A stretch of 64,000 nucleotides of DNA, taken from assembly GCA_003482905.1 (NCBI GenBank), contig DMXM01000028.1:49703-113702 (forward strand), read 5' to 3'. Shown here piece after piece: positions 52,858 to 60,616 of the stretch. Position 1 is the first letter of the stretch; every line of letters starts with the position of its first letter. The notes beneath the pieces are model-generated. The model had not been told where the DNA came from and did no database searches. It saw nothing but the letters and a program-made list of their open reading frames with translations. The DNA comes from Elusimicrobiota bacterium (GTDB taxonomy: Bacteria > Elusimicrobiota > Elusimicrobia > Elusimicrobiales > UBA9959). The translations under genes and the position numbers were made by a program.

Positions 52858-54666
52858 ATGTTCCTGAATCTGGACCCTAAGATCCGTTGTGGTTGGGCTC
52901 TGCTGGCCGCGCTTCTGGCCGGCTGCGCCGCCTCCGGGCCGCGCACGCTATCCCTCGACGGCCTTTCAGCGCCGGAACGTCTCGCGTCGATACCGGTAGA
53001 GCGCCTGCTGCCCCAGAAGAACAGCAAGAAGCCGGCCGACATCAGTATCCGCAAGGGGATCCTGGCCCTCAGGAAAGGGGAATACAAAAAGGCGTCCAAG
53101 GAGCTCAATAAAACCCTGCGCACCGATCCCACCAACTCCAATTACCAGTTCCTCAACGGCCTGGCATACCATCTCATGGCCGAGAACGGCGACGCCAACA
53201 ACTACGAGCAGGCCCAGATCGCCTACGATCTGGCCCTTAAGTTCGACGCCGACAACTGGCTCGCGTCCGAGCAGTCAGGGCAGATCTGCCTGGCCAAGAA
53301 GGATTACGCGGCGGCAGGGGAACATTTCGCCCGCGCGCTCCTGCACCAGCCGGACGACCCCGACATCCTCTACGGGCTGGCGCAGGCCTCCTACCACAGC
53401 CAGGACCTTCAAATGGCGCTCGCCACCATCGGCCGCGCCAGGACGCTCCGTCCGGATTCCGCCCGCATCTCCGGAGCCCACGCGCTTATCTCCGCGGCCG
53501 CCGGGAGGATCGCCGACGCCAGGACGCAACTTGCCTGTTACAACAAGGTCGAGCCCAACAAGGACCGCGTCGCCCGCCTGGCCAACAAGGTGGCCGAATG
53601 GGAGCATTTACGCGACGCGGTCGCGGACAACACGGCCGGCGCCCTTGAGCAGGAGCTTCCCTCCCCCGCCGCGGCGGTGCCGGCATCCGCCGGCGAACCT
53701 CCGGCCGAGGAGGCCAGAGAGGAGAAGATGGTCATCCTCGACGTCATAATGATCCGCACCGAGGAGTTCCAGACCACCAACAAAGGCGTCAACCTCCTAG
53801 AAGGCCTCATGGCGCAGTTCAGCGGTGAGTACACTTACACCAAGACCCGCGAGAACAACGACAGCCCCACCACCGAGAGGGTCCTCTCCCACAGGATCAC
53901 GATCCCGGAGGTCAACTACAACCTGAACATCTTCAACGCCGCGGACGACCAGAACGAGGTCCTGGCCCGGCCCACACTGATCGCGCTCAACGGAAAACCC
54001 TCGACGTTCTTCGCGGGCTCTACCGTGGACGTAGCCGTAACCGGCACGCAGGACGTGGACCTAAAGACCATCGAAGCCGGAGTTACGCTGTCGGTGACAC
54101 CCACGTTCCTGCCCAGCGGCCGCATCATGATGGAGGTCACGGCCGGCAGGTCTTTCTTCGAACTCGGGGCCGTGGGAACGTTCAAGGAGAGCGTTCGGAC
54201 ATCCAAGAACTCGGTGACCGCCAACGTGGTGATGAGCCCGCACCAGACCCTGGTATTGAGCGGTCTGCGCGAGAAGCAGACTACGGAGACGAAATCCGGT
54301 GTCCCCCTGCTGCGGGACATCCCCTTGCTCCAGTACCTTTTTTCCAACGAGAAGACCATGGACTTCCATAAGTCCGTGGTAATACTGATCTCCCCCCGCA
54401 GGCCCCATCCCGGCGTGGACGGTTCCGCCGATCCGGACCAGGTACGGGCGCTTCGCAACGAACCGCAGTATCTTAAACAGTACCGGGAACGCTACGGGCA
54501 CATGTTCGGCCAAGACACCAACATCGAGCATATCTGGGGAAATCTCTACAAATACAAGGTCTTCAACGAGCTCTACAAGACCGGGACTTTCGACCGCAGA
54601 TGGTGGGGCGAAGCGGAACATCTTAACGACGTCCTCCGCCGGACGCTGAGTTTCCTGTATTACTGA
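52858..54666 (+). CDS. lipoprotein with N-terminal TPR domain fused to a secretin C-domain
   Basis: Lipobox LLAGCAASG. TPR repeats at aa ~70-260. Secretin core: ARPTLIALNGKPSTFFAG...GVTLSVTPTF...GVPLLRDIPLLQYLFSNEKT. Confidence 0.75.
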   Translation: MFLNLDPKIRCGWALLAALLAGCAASGPRTLSLDGLSAPERLASIPVERLLPQKNSKKPADISIRKGILALRKGEYKKASKELNKTLRTDPTNSNYQFLNGLAYHLMAENGDANNYEQAQIAYDLALKFDADNWLASEQSGQICLAKKDYAAAGEHFARALLHQPDDPDILYGLAQASYHSQDLQMALATIGRARTLRPDSARISGAHALISAAAGRIADARTQLACYNKVEPNKDRVARLANKVAEWEHLRDAVADNTAGALEQELPSPAAAVPASAGEPPAEEAREEKMVILDVIMIRTEEFQTTNKGVNLLEGLMAQFSGEYTYTKTRENNDSPTTERVLSHRITIPEVNYNLNIFNAADDQNEVLARPTLIALNGKPSTFFAGSTVDVAVTGTQDVDLKTIEAGVTLSVTPTFLPSGRIMMEVTAGRSFFELGAVGTFKESVRTSKNSVTANVVMSPHQTLVLSGLREKQTTETKSGVPLLRDIPLLQYLFSNEKTMDFHKSVVILISPRRPHPGVDGSADPDQVRALRNEPQYLKQYRERYGHMFGQDTNIEHIWGNLYKYKVFNELYKTGTFDRRWWGEAEHLNDVLRRTLSFLYY

Positions 54667-54842
54667 CACCGCCACAAAGCAAAACCGCCGGATCTCCCCG
54701 TATGTACAACGGCATAGATAAAATGAACGAGCCAGCGGCCTAGGGCAGGTTATAATAACGCGGTGTATTCCGGGGAACCGGAACCTATCCGCATATAACA
54801 CGGAGGCGCTGACTCATGAATAATTCCACCACAGTTGCAGGC

Positions 54843-54866
54843 GGACGCTGCTTATTGTCTTCGTAA
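54843..54866 (-). repeat. repeat family B, degenerate inverted copy
   Basis: GGACGCTGCTTATTGTCTTCGTAA. Its GGACGCTGCTT pairs with AAGCAGCGTCC of the copy at 54900-54922. Confidence 0.55.
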
Positions 54867-54899
54867 ACCACAAATCTTAACTTAGGTGCGTTGATTAAC

Positions 54900-54922
54900 A
54901 GGAAGTTAGGAAGCAGCGTCCC
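54900..54922 (+). repeat. repeat family B, copy (AGGAAGTTAGGAAGCAGCGTCCC)
   Basis: Identical 23-mer to 22444-22466. Also abuts the stop codon of a minus-strand gene. Confidence 0.8.
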
Positions 54923-54930
54923 TAGCCCCC

Positions 54931-55338
54931 CTATTTCCCTAAAGCCGCTTTTATAAGTTTTGCCATCACCTCGTAGCCCGCCTGATTGGGATGAACCCCG
55001 TCCCCGCTATAATCGGGGCGCAGGGCTATCACATCCTGCCGGAACCGCAGCAGCATTTGGTGCGTGGTCTGGCCGCTGATCCCGCGGTTAATGTAACGCG
55101 GATCGGCAAAGATTTGGCGGCGGTCCTGGTCCCAGAACTCGGTGATCGAATCCCCCATAAACACTACCCGGTGGTCCCGCGGGGCTGTATTTTGAACTTG
55201 GGCGTTGTCTGCCTGGTATGCGTGAAAATCAGCCCAGTCAGTTACCGAAAACTCGGCTGCCCGCGCGGCGGAATGGCCGAGGGAAGCAACCGCCAGCAGC
55301 CTGATAAAGAAAGCTGTTTTTTTATTTAAAATGGACAT
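54931..55338 (-). CDS. SGNH/GDSL hydrolase with apparent in-frame internal deletion
   Basis: Block I VVFMGDSITEFW, block II GISGQTT and block V DGVHPNQAGY are present. The ~70-aa segment carrying block III (GxND) is absent, leaving only 135 aa. Confidence 0.6.
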   Translation of the reverse strand: MSILNKKTAFFIRLLAVASLGHSAARAAEFSVTDWADFHAYQADNAQVQNTAPRDHRVVFMGDSITEFWDQDRRQIFADPRYINRGISGQTTHQMLLRFRQDVIALRPDYSGDGVHPNQAGYEVMAKLIKAALGK

Positions 55339-55419
55339 AAACCAGATTATACTAAAGCTGCCTCTTACGCGCGGAAACCCTTTTGGGCCTGACGACCAAA
55401 CGTGGACGTTGCCAATAAC

Positions 55420-56088
55420 TCAATAACCGGGAAGGGATACCGTAACCCTGGCGCCGCGGCCGCTGGCGTTCTCCGCTTTGACCGTGCCGCCCTGCCGGGC
55501 CAGCAGCTTGCGCGCGATGGTAAGGCCGAGCCCTATGCCTCGCGGCTTGGTGGTAAAGAACGGCTCGAAGGCCTTCTCGCCGTCGCCGCCGGGGAAGCCG
55601 GGCCCGGTGTCGGTGCAGGTGAGGTGCACCAGCCCGGCATCGTGAGAGCACTCCAATATAACAAGGCCGCCTTCCGGCAGCGCCTGCACCGCGTTAGTCA
55701 GCACGCAGCGCAGCGCGTAGCCAATGGCGTCCATATCCGCGTTCACGCGCGGGTCCGCCGGGTCGGCGGCCACCTTCAGCGTGACCGTGGGCGGAACCGG
55801 ATAAGACTCCGCCAGGTCCCTGAGGGCCGCGTTGGCGGAAGCCGGCGCGCGCTTCAGTTCCCTGGCGCGGGTGAAAGCGAGTATCTCCTCTATAACGTCG
55901 TTGGCATGCTTCACCTCGCCCTCTATTATCCCCAGGTGCTTGGCCACCTTGGGGTCGGGCGCCGCCCCGCCGGCGCTCAGCTTGGTCTTTATGAAATACA
56001 GCGAATTGGAAATAATGGCCAGGGGATTGCGTATTTCGTGGGCGACCACGCTGGACATCTGCGTAAGAAGTTCCGGTTTCTCTTTCAT
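55420..56088 (-). CDS. minimal soluble histidine kinase (HisKA + HATPase only)
   Basis: H-box SSVVAHEIRNPLAII. N box LTNAVQALPEGG. G boxes DTGPGF and GIGLGL. No sensor domain or TM. Confidence 0.8.
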   Translation of the reverse strand: MKEKPELLTQMSSVVAHEIRNPLAIISNSLYFIKTKLSAGGAAPDPKVAKHLGIIEGEVKHANDVIEEILAFTRARELKRAPASANAALRDLAESYPVPPTVTLKVAADPADPRVNADMDAIGYALRCVLTNAVQALPEGGLVILECSHDAGLVHLTCTDTGPGFPGGDGEKAFEPFFTTKPRGIGLGLTIARKLLARQGGTVKAENASGRGARVTVSLPGY

Positions 56089-56100
56089 ACTGACCTTCCC

Positions 56101-56502
56101 CTAATATGAATACCAGTACTGGCCCTTTTCGTTCTTGTGCGTGCAATTAAGGAGCAGCGTGCCGTGGGTCACCGGGTACGCCTTGGCGTTGTAATAGGCG
56201 TAGCCGCCGGTGTCGGTAAGCTTGGCCGGGTCCACGGCCGGCCCGGAAAGGTAAAGCACCTCGCTGGTCTCCCGGTGCCCCGGCAGATCAAGCTTGGGCA
56301 GCCCGGTCAGATATTTGCCGTTTTCGGTCAGCAGGTCCAGCCGTTCCGGGAAAACCCCTTCCGTATCCCCGTAATATACCTGCAGGGCCGACCGCACGCT
56401 GCCCAGACGGCCGAGGTTCCCCGGGCTGTCGAACTTTTTCTCGCCGCACCCGCAAAACAGAGCGACAATACCGCATACCAGATACCAATATTTAAATTTC
56501 AT
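56101..56502 (-). CDS. lipoprotein with pilin-like globular domain (hypothetical)
   Basis: Start set to ATG 56502 (MKFKYWYLVCGIVALFCGCG). LGSVRSALQVYYGDTEGVFP...LLNCTH...WYSY resembles the headgroup of type IV pilin-like proteins, but no prepilin methylation motif is present. Confidence 0.45.
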   Translation of the reverse strand: MKFKYWYLVCGIVALFCGCGEKKFDSPGNLGRLGSVRSALQVYYGDTEGVFPERLDLLTENGKYLTGLPKLDLPGHRETSEVLYLSGPAVDPAKLTDTGGYAYYNAKAYPVTHGTLLLNCTHKNEKGQYWYSY

Positions 56503-56509
56503 ATAAATA

Positions 56510-56547
56510 ATTCTACCAAAACAAAACCGCCGGGGGCCCTCCCCCCG
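56510..56547 (-). promoter_or_regulatory. terminator/promoter cassette copy 1
   Basis: Minus strand: GC hairpin, then GGCGGTTTTGTTTTGGTAGAAT. TAGAAT ends 7 nt before ATG 56502. Confidence 0.6.
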
Positions 56548-56548
56548 T

Positions 56549-57586
56549 TTAGCCGCCGCGAAGTTTGCGTTTGGCCTCGGTAATGTCACGGGCCATCTTG
56601 GAGAAATTCTTAAGCTTCCGTTTGGCCATTACGCGTTTTTTAAGGTCCGTCCCAAGTTCCTGCCGCTCCGTTTCCCGCCTTAACTTGTGGTAACTCCTCA
56701 GCCTGGCGTGGGACAACGTCCCGGCTTCCAGCGCCACCCGCACCGCGCAGCCAGGCTCGGAAACATGAGAACAGTTCTTGAAGCGGCAGCCCGCTGCCAG
56801 AACCTGAATGTCGCTGAAAGACGTTTCCAGGCCTTCCCCGGAGTATTCCACGCAGAACTCCCTTATGCCGGGAGTATCTATAACCTGACCGCCGCCGGGC
56901 AGGAAATACAGATGCCTGGAAGTGGTAGTGTGCCTGCCACGCGCGTCGGCTTCCCTTACAGCGCCGGTAGGCGCGGCCGCGCGGCCGGCCAGCCGGTTAA
57001 GCAGCGTTGTCTTACCAGCGCCCGAAGAGCCAAGAAAACAGCAGCGCACACCCCCGGCCAGCGCCGCCTCCACCAGTGCCACGCCTTCACCGGACACCGA
57101 GGAAAGGCAGAACACCTCCACCCCGGGGGCGGCCCGCGCCACCGCGCCCAGCTTCACCGCCACCTCCAGGTCCGGGCAAAGGTCTTTCTTGGTAAGCACC
57201 ACCACCGGCACCCCGCCGCTGTCCCAGGCGGCCACCAGCAGGCGCTCCAGCCGGGCGATATTATAATTGTCGTCCAGCCCCATCACTATGAACACCTTGC
57301 TCACGTTGGCGGCCAGCGGCTGCGCGTCCTTCGCCGGGCCGGCGGCCTTCCGGAGCAGTATGGTCCTGCGCGGCAGCACTGCGTATATAACCGCCTTCTC
57401 CCCGCCGTCATGCAGCGCCACCAAAACGTCGTCGCCCACCACGGGGAAGTCCAACCTGGAAACGGCCTCTCCCATGAACTTCCCAGCCACGGTCGCCGGA
57501 AGCTCCCTGCCGTCGAGCCACACAGTATATGCCAGCCTCTGCTCCGCCGTCACAAGGGCGGTAAATTCGGCCTTCAGGTCTTTCAT
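56549..57586 (-). CDS. rsgA: ribosome small-subunit-dependent GTPase A
   Basis: Circularly permuted GTPase: VLTKKDL, GSSGAGKTTLLN and the zinc knuckle CRFKNCSHVSEPGCAV. Confidence 0.9.
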   Translation of the reverse strand: MKDLKAEFTALVTAEQRLAYTVWLDGRELPATVAGKFMGEAVSRLDFPVVGDDVLVALHDGGEKAVIYAVLPRRTILLRKAAGPAKDAQPLAANVSKVFIVMGLDDNYNIARLERLLVAAWDSGGVPVVVLTKKDLCPDLEVAVKLGAVARAAPGVEVFCLSSVSGEGVALVEAALAGGVRCCFLGSSGAGKTTLLNRLAGRAAAPTGAVREADARGRHTTTSRHLYFLPGGGQVIDTPGIREFCVEYSGEGLETSFSDIQVLAAGCRFKNCSHVSEPGCAVRVALEAGTLSHARLRSYHKLRRETERQELGTDLKKRVMAKRKLKNFSKMARDITEAKRKLRGG

Positions 57587-57595
57587 ATTTCCTTC

Positions 57596-57617
57596 ATTCT
57601 ACAAAACAAAACCGCCT
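57596..57617 (-). promoter_or_regulatory. terminator/promoter cassette copy 2 (promoter part only)
   Basis: GGCGGTTTTGTTTTGTAGAAT, with TAGAAT ending 9 nt before ATG 57586. The upstream neighbour is divergent, so no terminator is needed here. Confidence 0.55.
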
Positions 57618-57692
57618 GGATTTGAAACTTCCTGCGCCCGGCCGCATCTAAATCAGGAAGAAGAAATTTAACCGCGACAAGGACTCATCCGC

Positions 57693-58043
57693 ATGAACAT
57701 GGAAACCCTGCAACCATATCTCCTGCCGGCAGGCGTAGCCGCCTACCTGCTCTTCCGCCATTTCCGCTTGGGGGCCATCCGGCAAAAGCTGCCCTTGCTG
57801 GCGGCGGCCGGAGCGGTTATAGTGGACGTGCGCTCACCGGCGGAGTTCGCCGGGGGAAGCAGGCCCGGCAGCGTCAACATCCCCCTGGAAACGCTGGCCA
57901 AGCGGGCTTCACAGCTGGACAAGACCAAACCGGTGGTCCTCTGCTGCGCCTCCGGGGCGCGCAGCGGCGTTGCCGCGGGCATATTGAAAGGTTTGGGCTT
58001 CCGGCAAGTCACCAACGCAGGCCCCTGGCAAAACACTCTTTAG
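57693..58043 (+). CDS. membrane-anchored rhodanese-domain protein
   Basis: N-terminal TM. VIVDVRSPAEFAGG...VVLCCASGARS active-site loop. Confidence 0.8.
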   Translation: MNMETLQPYLLPAGVAAYLLFRHFRLGAIRQKLPLLAAAGAVIVDVRSPAEFAGGSRPGSVNIPLETLAKRASQLDKTKPVVLCCASGARSGVAAGILKGLGFRQVTNAGPWQNTL

Positions 58044-58068
58044 GGAAACCAGTGACAGCGCCCTATTT

Positions 58069-58470
58069 CTATTGCCAGGATATCTGTTTTTTTAGCCTGA
58101 ATCCCACCTGCGCCATGGACACCAGCGCGCCAGGCAGGGCCGCCGCGTAAGAGGCCGCCGCCCCGGCCGCGCCCGGAGCGTTGTCCGCCAGCGCCAGGGC
58201 CGTGTCCAAGGGGGAAAGCAGGATGAACTTAAGCACCAGTACCAGGCAAATAACGTTCTCACACAGCGCAGCCAGGCCCGCATAGCGCAGCCTGTACCAC
58301 AGCGCGGCCCCTAAGCCCCCTTCCACAGCATAAAAGCCTACGGTCCCGGCCAGCCCGCCCCCCACTACCGCGCCCGCCCTGAAATTCGGCCAGACAAAAA
58401 CCTCCAGCACCAGCCACACCGGCGCCAAATAATAAAACCAGTCCAGCGGCTCTATCTTTCGGGGGTCCAT
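58069..58470 (-). CDS. hypothetical membrane protein
   Basis: 133 aa, 4 predicted TM helices. TAGAAT ends 7 nt before the ATG. Confidence 0.55.
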   Translation of the reverse strand: MDPRKIEPLDWFYYLAPVWLVLEVFVWPNFRAGAVVGGGLAGTVGFYAVEGGLGAALWYRLRYAGLAALCENVICLVLVLKFILLSPLDTALALADNAPGAAGAAASYAAALPGALVSMAQVGFRLKKQISWQ

Positions 58471-58477
58471 TCCCTCT

Positions 58478-58514
58478 ATTCTACCAAAACAAAACCGCCG
58501 GGCTTCCCCGGCGG
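58478..58514 (-). promoter_or_regulatory. terminator/promoter cassette copy 3
   Basis: CCGCCGGGGAAGCCCGGCGG hairpin followed by TTTTGTTTTGGTAGAAT. Confidence 0.65.
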
Positions 58515-58539
58515 CTATGCGCTAAAAGTCCCGCTTTTG

Positions 58540-59145
58540 CTATTTTCCGATATTTACCACAATGTCCTTTGCCAGGTCATCGGTCAGGTTCATTATGGCT
58601 TTCTGTATTATCGCCTCGGGCTTTGCCAGTTCCCCTATCTTGCCGCCGAAGGCATGCTTTTCGGAACTTTTGGCCTTACCCACAGCCCTGCCCGCTCCCA
58701 AAAGCTCGCCGGTCTCCAGGTTAACCAGCCGCGCCTCCACCGCAACTTCCACCTTGCGGTCCGTCTTCTCGGCTATTTTCACGCTGCGCCATTCATCGTT
58801 TACGGAGACGGCCGTTACCGAACCGAGCACAGCGTAGCGCGCCCCTATAAGCTTGCCCACCTGCGCCGCGGTGTTGGAGTCTACCACGCCGGCAGTAGCC
58901 AGCTGAAGCTCTTTCATGGCGGCATCCACGCGGGCCCGCTCCACAAGGCGTATCCTGCCGGTCTTCATAAGCGAAGCCGTTAAGGAATCCTGCAGACCGG
59001 TTACGCTGGAAGCATATTGCGGATCCGAAGCCGCATAAGTTAGCGGCATAACGCAGGCCAGCGGGCGCTGCTCAAAAGGTACGCCGGTGCTGGCGCAGGC
59101 TCCTGCCAGCAGCAGGACCGGAAGAAATAACTTGATCTTATTCAT
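58540..59145 (-). CDS. CsgG/HfaB-family-like periplasmic/outer-membrane lipoprotein
   Basis: Start set to MNKIKLFLPVLLLAGACAS (lipobox). ...LQDSLTASLMKTGRIRLVERARVDAAMKELQLATAGVVDSNTAAQVGKLIGARYAVLGSVT matches the CsgG-family pattern, recalled from memory. Confidence 0.5.
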   Translation of the reverse strand: MNKIKLFLPVLLLAGACASTGVPFEQRPLACVMPLTYAASDPQYASSVTGLQDSLTASLMKTGRIRLVERARVDAAMKELQLATAGVVDSNTAAQVGKLIGARYAVLGSVTAVSVNDEWRSVKIAEKTDRKVEVAVEARLVNLETGELLGAGRAVGKAKSSEKHAFGGKIGELAKPEAIIQKAIMNLTDDLAKDIVVNIGK

Positions 59146-59234
59146 GGTTCGGTACCCCCGTATATATTTCAGCAAAACTATGATATCAAAATACCGCGTT
59201 TAGAGTAAAAGCCCGACGGCGCACCGGCCGGTAG

Positions 59235-59852
59235 TCAGAAGCCTGCGTTCAGGCCTATGGTAACCGGCAGCAGCGCGTTCTTGCCGCCTATATTCGCGAC
59301 CCCTATCTGGACCCCTTTCAGCGTGCCGCGGCAGATATTTACGGCGCCCAGCTGCAGGCCGCTCATATCCCCGTCCGTGACATTGTAAAAACCCAGCTGT
59401 ATGCCGCGCATCCGGTCCTTAACCACGTTAACGGGCGCGGCCATAACACCGTTACCCAGGCCGGCCCAGTTCCGAAGCCAGGCGGCCTGTACCCCCCAAG
59501 CCTCGTTGGAAACGTTCCAGCCGCCGAATTGTACGCCGTACTGGTAGTCGGCGAAATTGCGCGCCGGCGACGACTGCAATCCGTAGACCGCGCCGGTGAC
59601 ATAGTTATACCACAGCCCCAGCTGCGCCCCGCCCACGGTCCCGGCGCCATTGAGCACCCCGAACTGCAAACCGTAAATCTCCGGGGTATCTCCGGAAAAG
59701 TTCAGGTTCAGGCCGGCCACCGTATCCACATCCTCCGGCCAGGCCCAGCTGCTCCCGGACAGCTCCAGCTTGAACGGAGTCCAGCCGCAGTTCCCCGCGG
59801 CCGGCGCCAGCGCCAACAGCCACAGCGCGGCAAGAACCTTTAATTTATCCAT
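59235..59852 (-). CDS. secreted tandem-repeat protein (G-phi-Q-phi-G-x-x-N units), C-terminal Phe
   Basis: Signal peptide MDKLKVLAALWLLALAPAAG. About 10 units of 14-16 aa, e.g. GLQFGVLN, GAQLGLWYN, GVQFGGWN, GIQLGFYN, GLQLGAVN, GVQIGVAN. Ends GLNAGF. Confidence 0.65.
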   Translation of the reverse strand: MDKLKVLAALWLLALAPAAGNCGWTPFKLELSGSSWAWPEDVDTVAGLNLNFSGDTPEIYGLQFGVLNGAGTVGGAQLGLWYNYVTGAVYGLQSSPARNFADYQYGVQFGGWNVSNEAWGVQAAWLRNWAGLGNGVMAAPVNVVKDRMRGIQLGFYNVTDGDMSGLQLGAVNICRGTLKGVQIGVANIGGKNALLPVTIGLNAGF

Positions 59853-59916
59853 ATCTTTACCCTCCCCGCTGCCGCATTCGGAAAATTATATATGACCCGG
59901 AAACCTGAACGTCTAT

Positions 59917-59969
59917 ATTCTACCAAACCCGCCCCGCCCCAAAACAAAACCGCCGGGCCTCCCCGGCGG
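59917..59969 (-). promoter_or_regulatory. terminator/promoter cassette copy 4 (with 16-nt insertion)
   Basis: CCGCCGGGGAGGCCCGGCGG-TTTTGTTTTG-GGGCGGGGCGGGTTT-GGTAGAAT, 64 nt upstream of ATG 59852. Confidence 0.6.
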
Positions 59970-59992
59970 CTTAAAAAAAGCAGCCTGGCACC

Positions 59993-60616
59993 TTATTTTT
60001 CTTTGGGGGCGCAGGTCACTTCTTTTAGCCTGGCCGGATATACGGTACGCATGCCGCTCATGGTCCCGAAGGAAAGCGTACGATACACGGCACGGAACAG
60101 GCTGCCGTTGGGGGCGAAATCGAACCACGCCTTGTCTTCCTGGCCGAAAACTACGGAAACCTGCACAGCGGCGCCGTAGCCCAGCAACCCGCACAAAGCG
60201 GTCGCGCGGCCTTCCTGTATCTGTTTCCACCTCGGCTGGACGAACTGGGTCTGCTCGCCGGCGTTCAAGGCCAGGAAATGACAGCCGTCCAATTGGGGGT
60301 CCTGCAGCAGCGCGCCTTTTCCCGTAGTTGCGGGCCGTTCCCCGCTTGACGGTTTCACGCTTTGATCTTCATCCGGCAGAACCGAAAGCCCGGTAAATCT
60401 CTTCCCGTCAAGAACAATGGCCCCGGTCTCCAATTTGGGGACCGGGATATTCCCGCTATCTTTTTCCATCGCCGGGATAGTGGTGTCGAAATCTCCCCTG
60501 CCTGCCACCGCGTCCCTGAGGTCGGCCGGGATATCCTTGTGGAAATCTTTAACGTAAGCGAACCCCGACGCCGTTACTATCACGGCGGCAAACACATATT
60601 CTTTCCAGTTGTTCAT
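59993..60616 (-). CDS. hypothetical membrane-anchored protein
   Basis: 207 aa. N-terminal TM YVFAAVIVTASGFAYV. SD-like AGAGGGA. No family recognised. Confidence 0.5.
   Translation of the reverse strand: MNNWKEYVFAAVIVTASGFAYVKDFHKDIPADLRDAVAGRGDFDTTIPAMEKDSGNIPVPKLETGAIVLDGKRFTGLSVLPDEDQSVKPSSGERPATTGKGALLQDPQLDGCHFLALNAGEQTQFVQPRWKQIQEGRATALCGLLGYGAAVQVSVVFGQEDKAWFDFAPNGSLFRAVYRTLSFGTMSGMRTVYPARLKEVTCAPKEK

Noticed and set aside
54816-54866. 16-codon ORF MNNSTTVAGGRCLLSS with a GGAGG 9 nt upstream, in the convergent intergenic region
   Set aside because: Its 3' half is simply the degenerate family B repeat, and nothing indicates conservation. It is most likely fortuitous.
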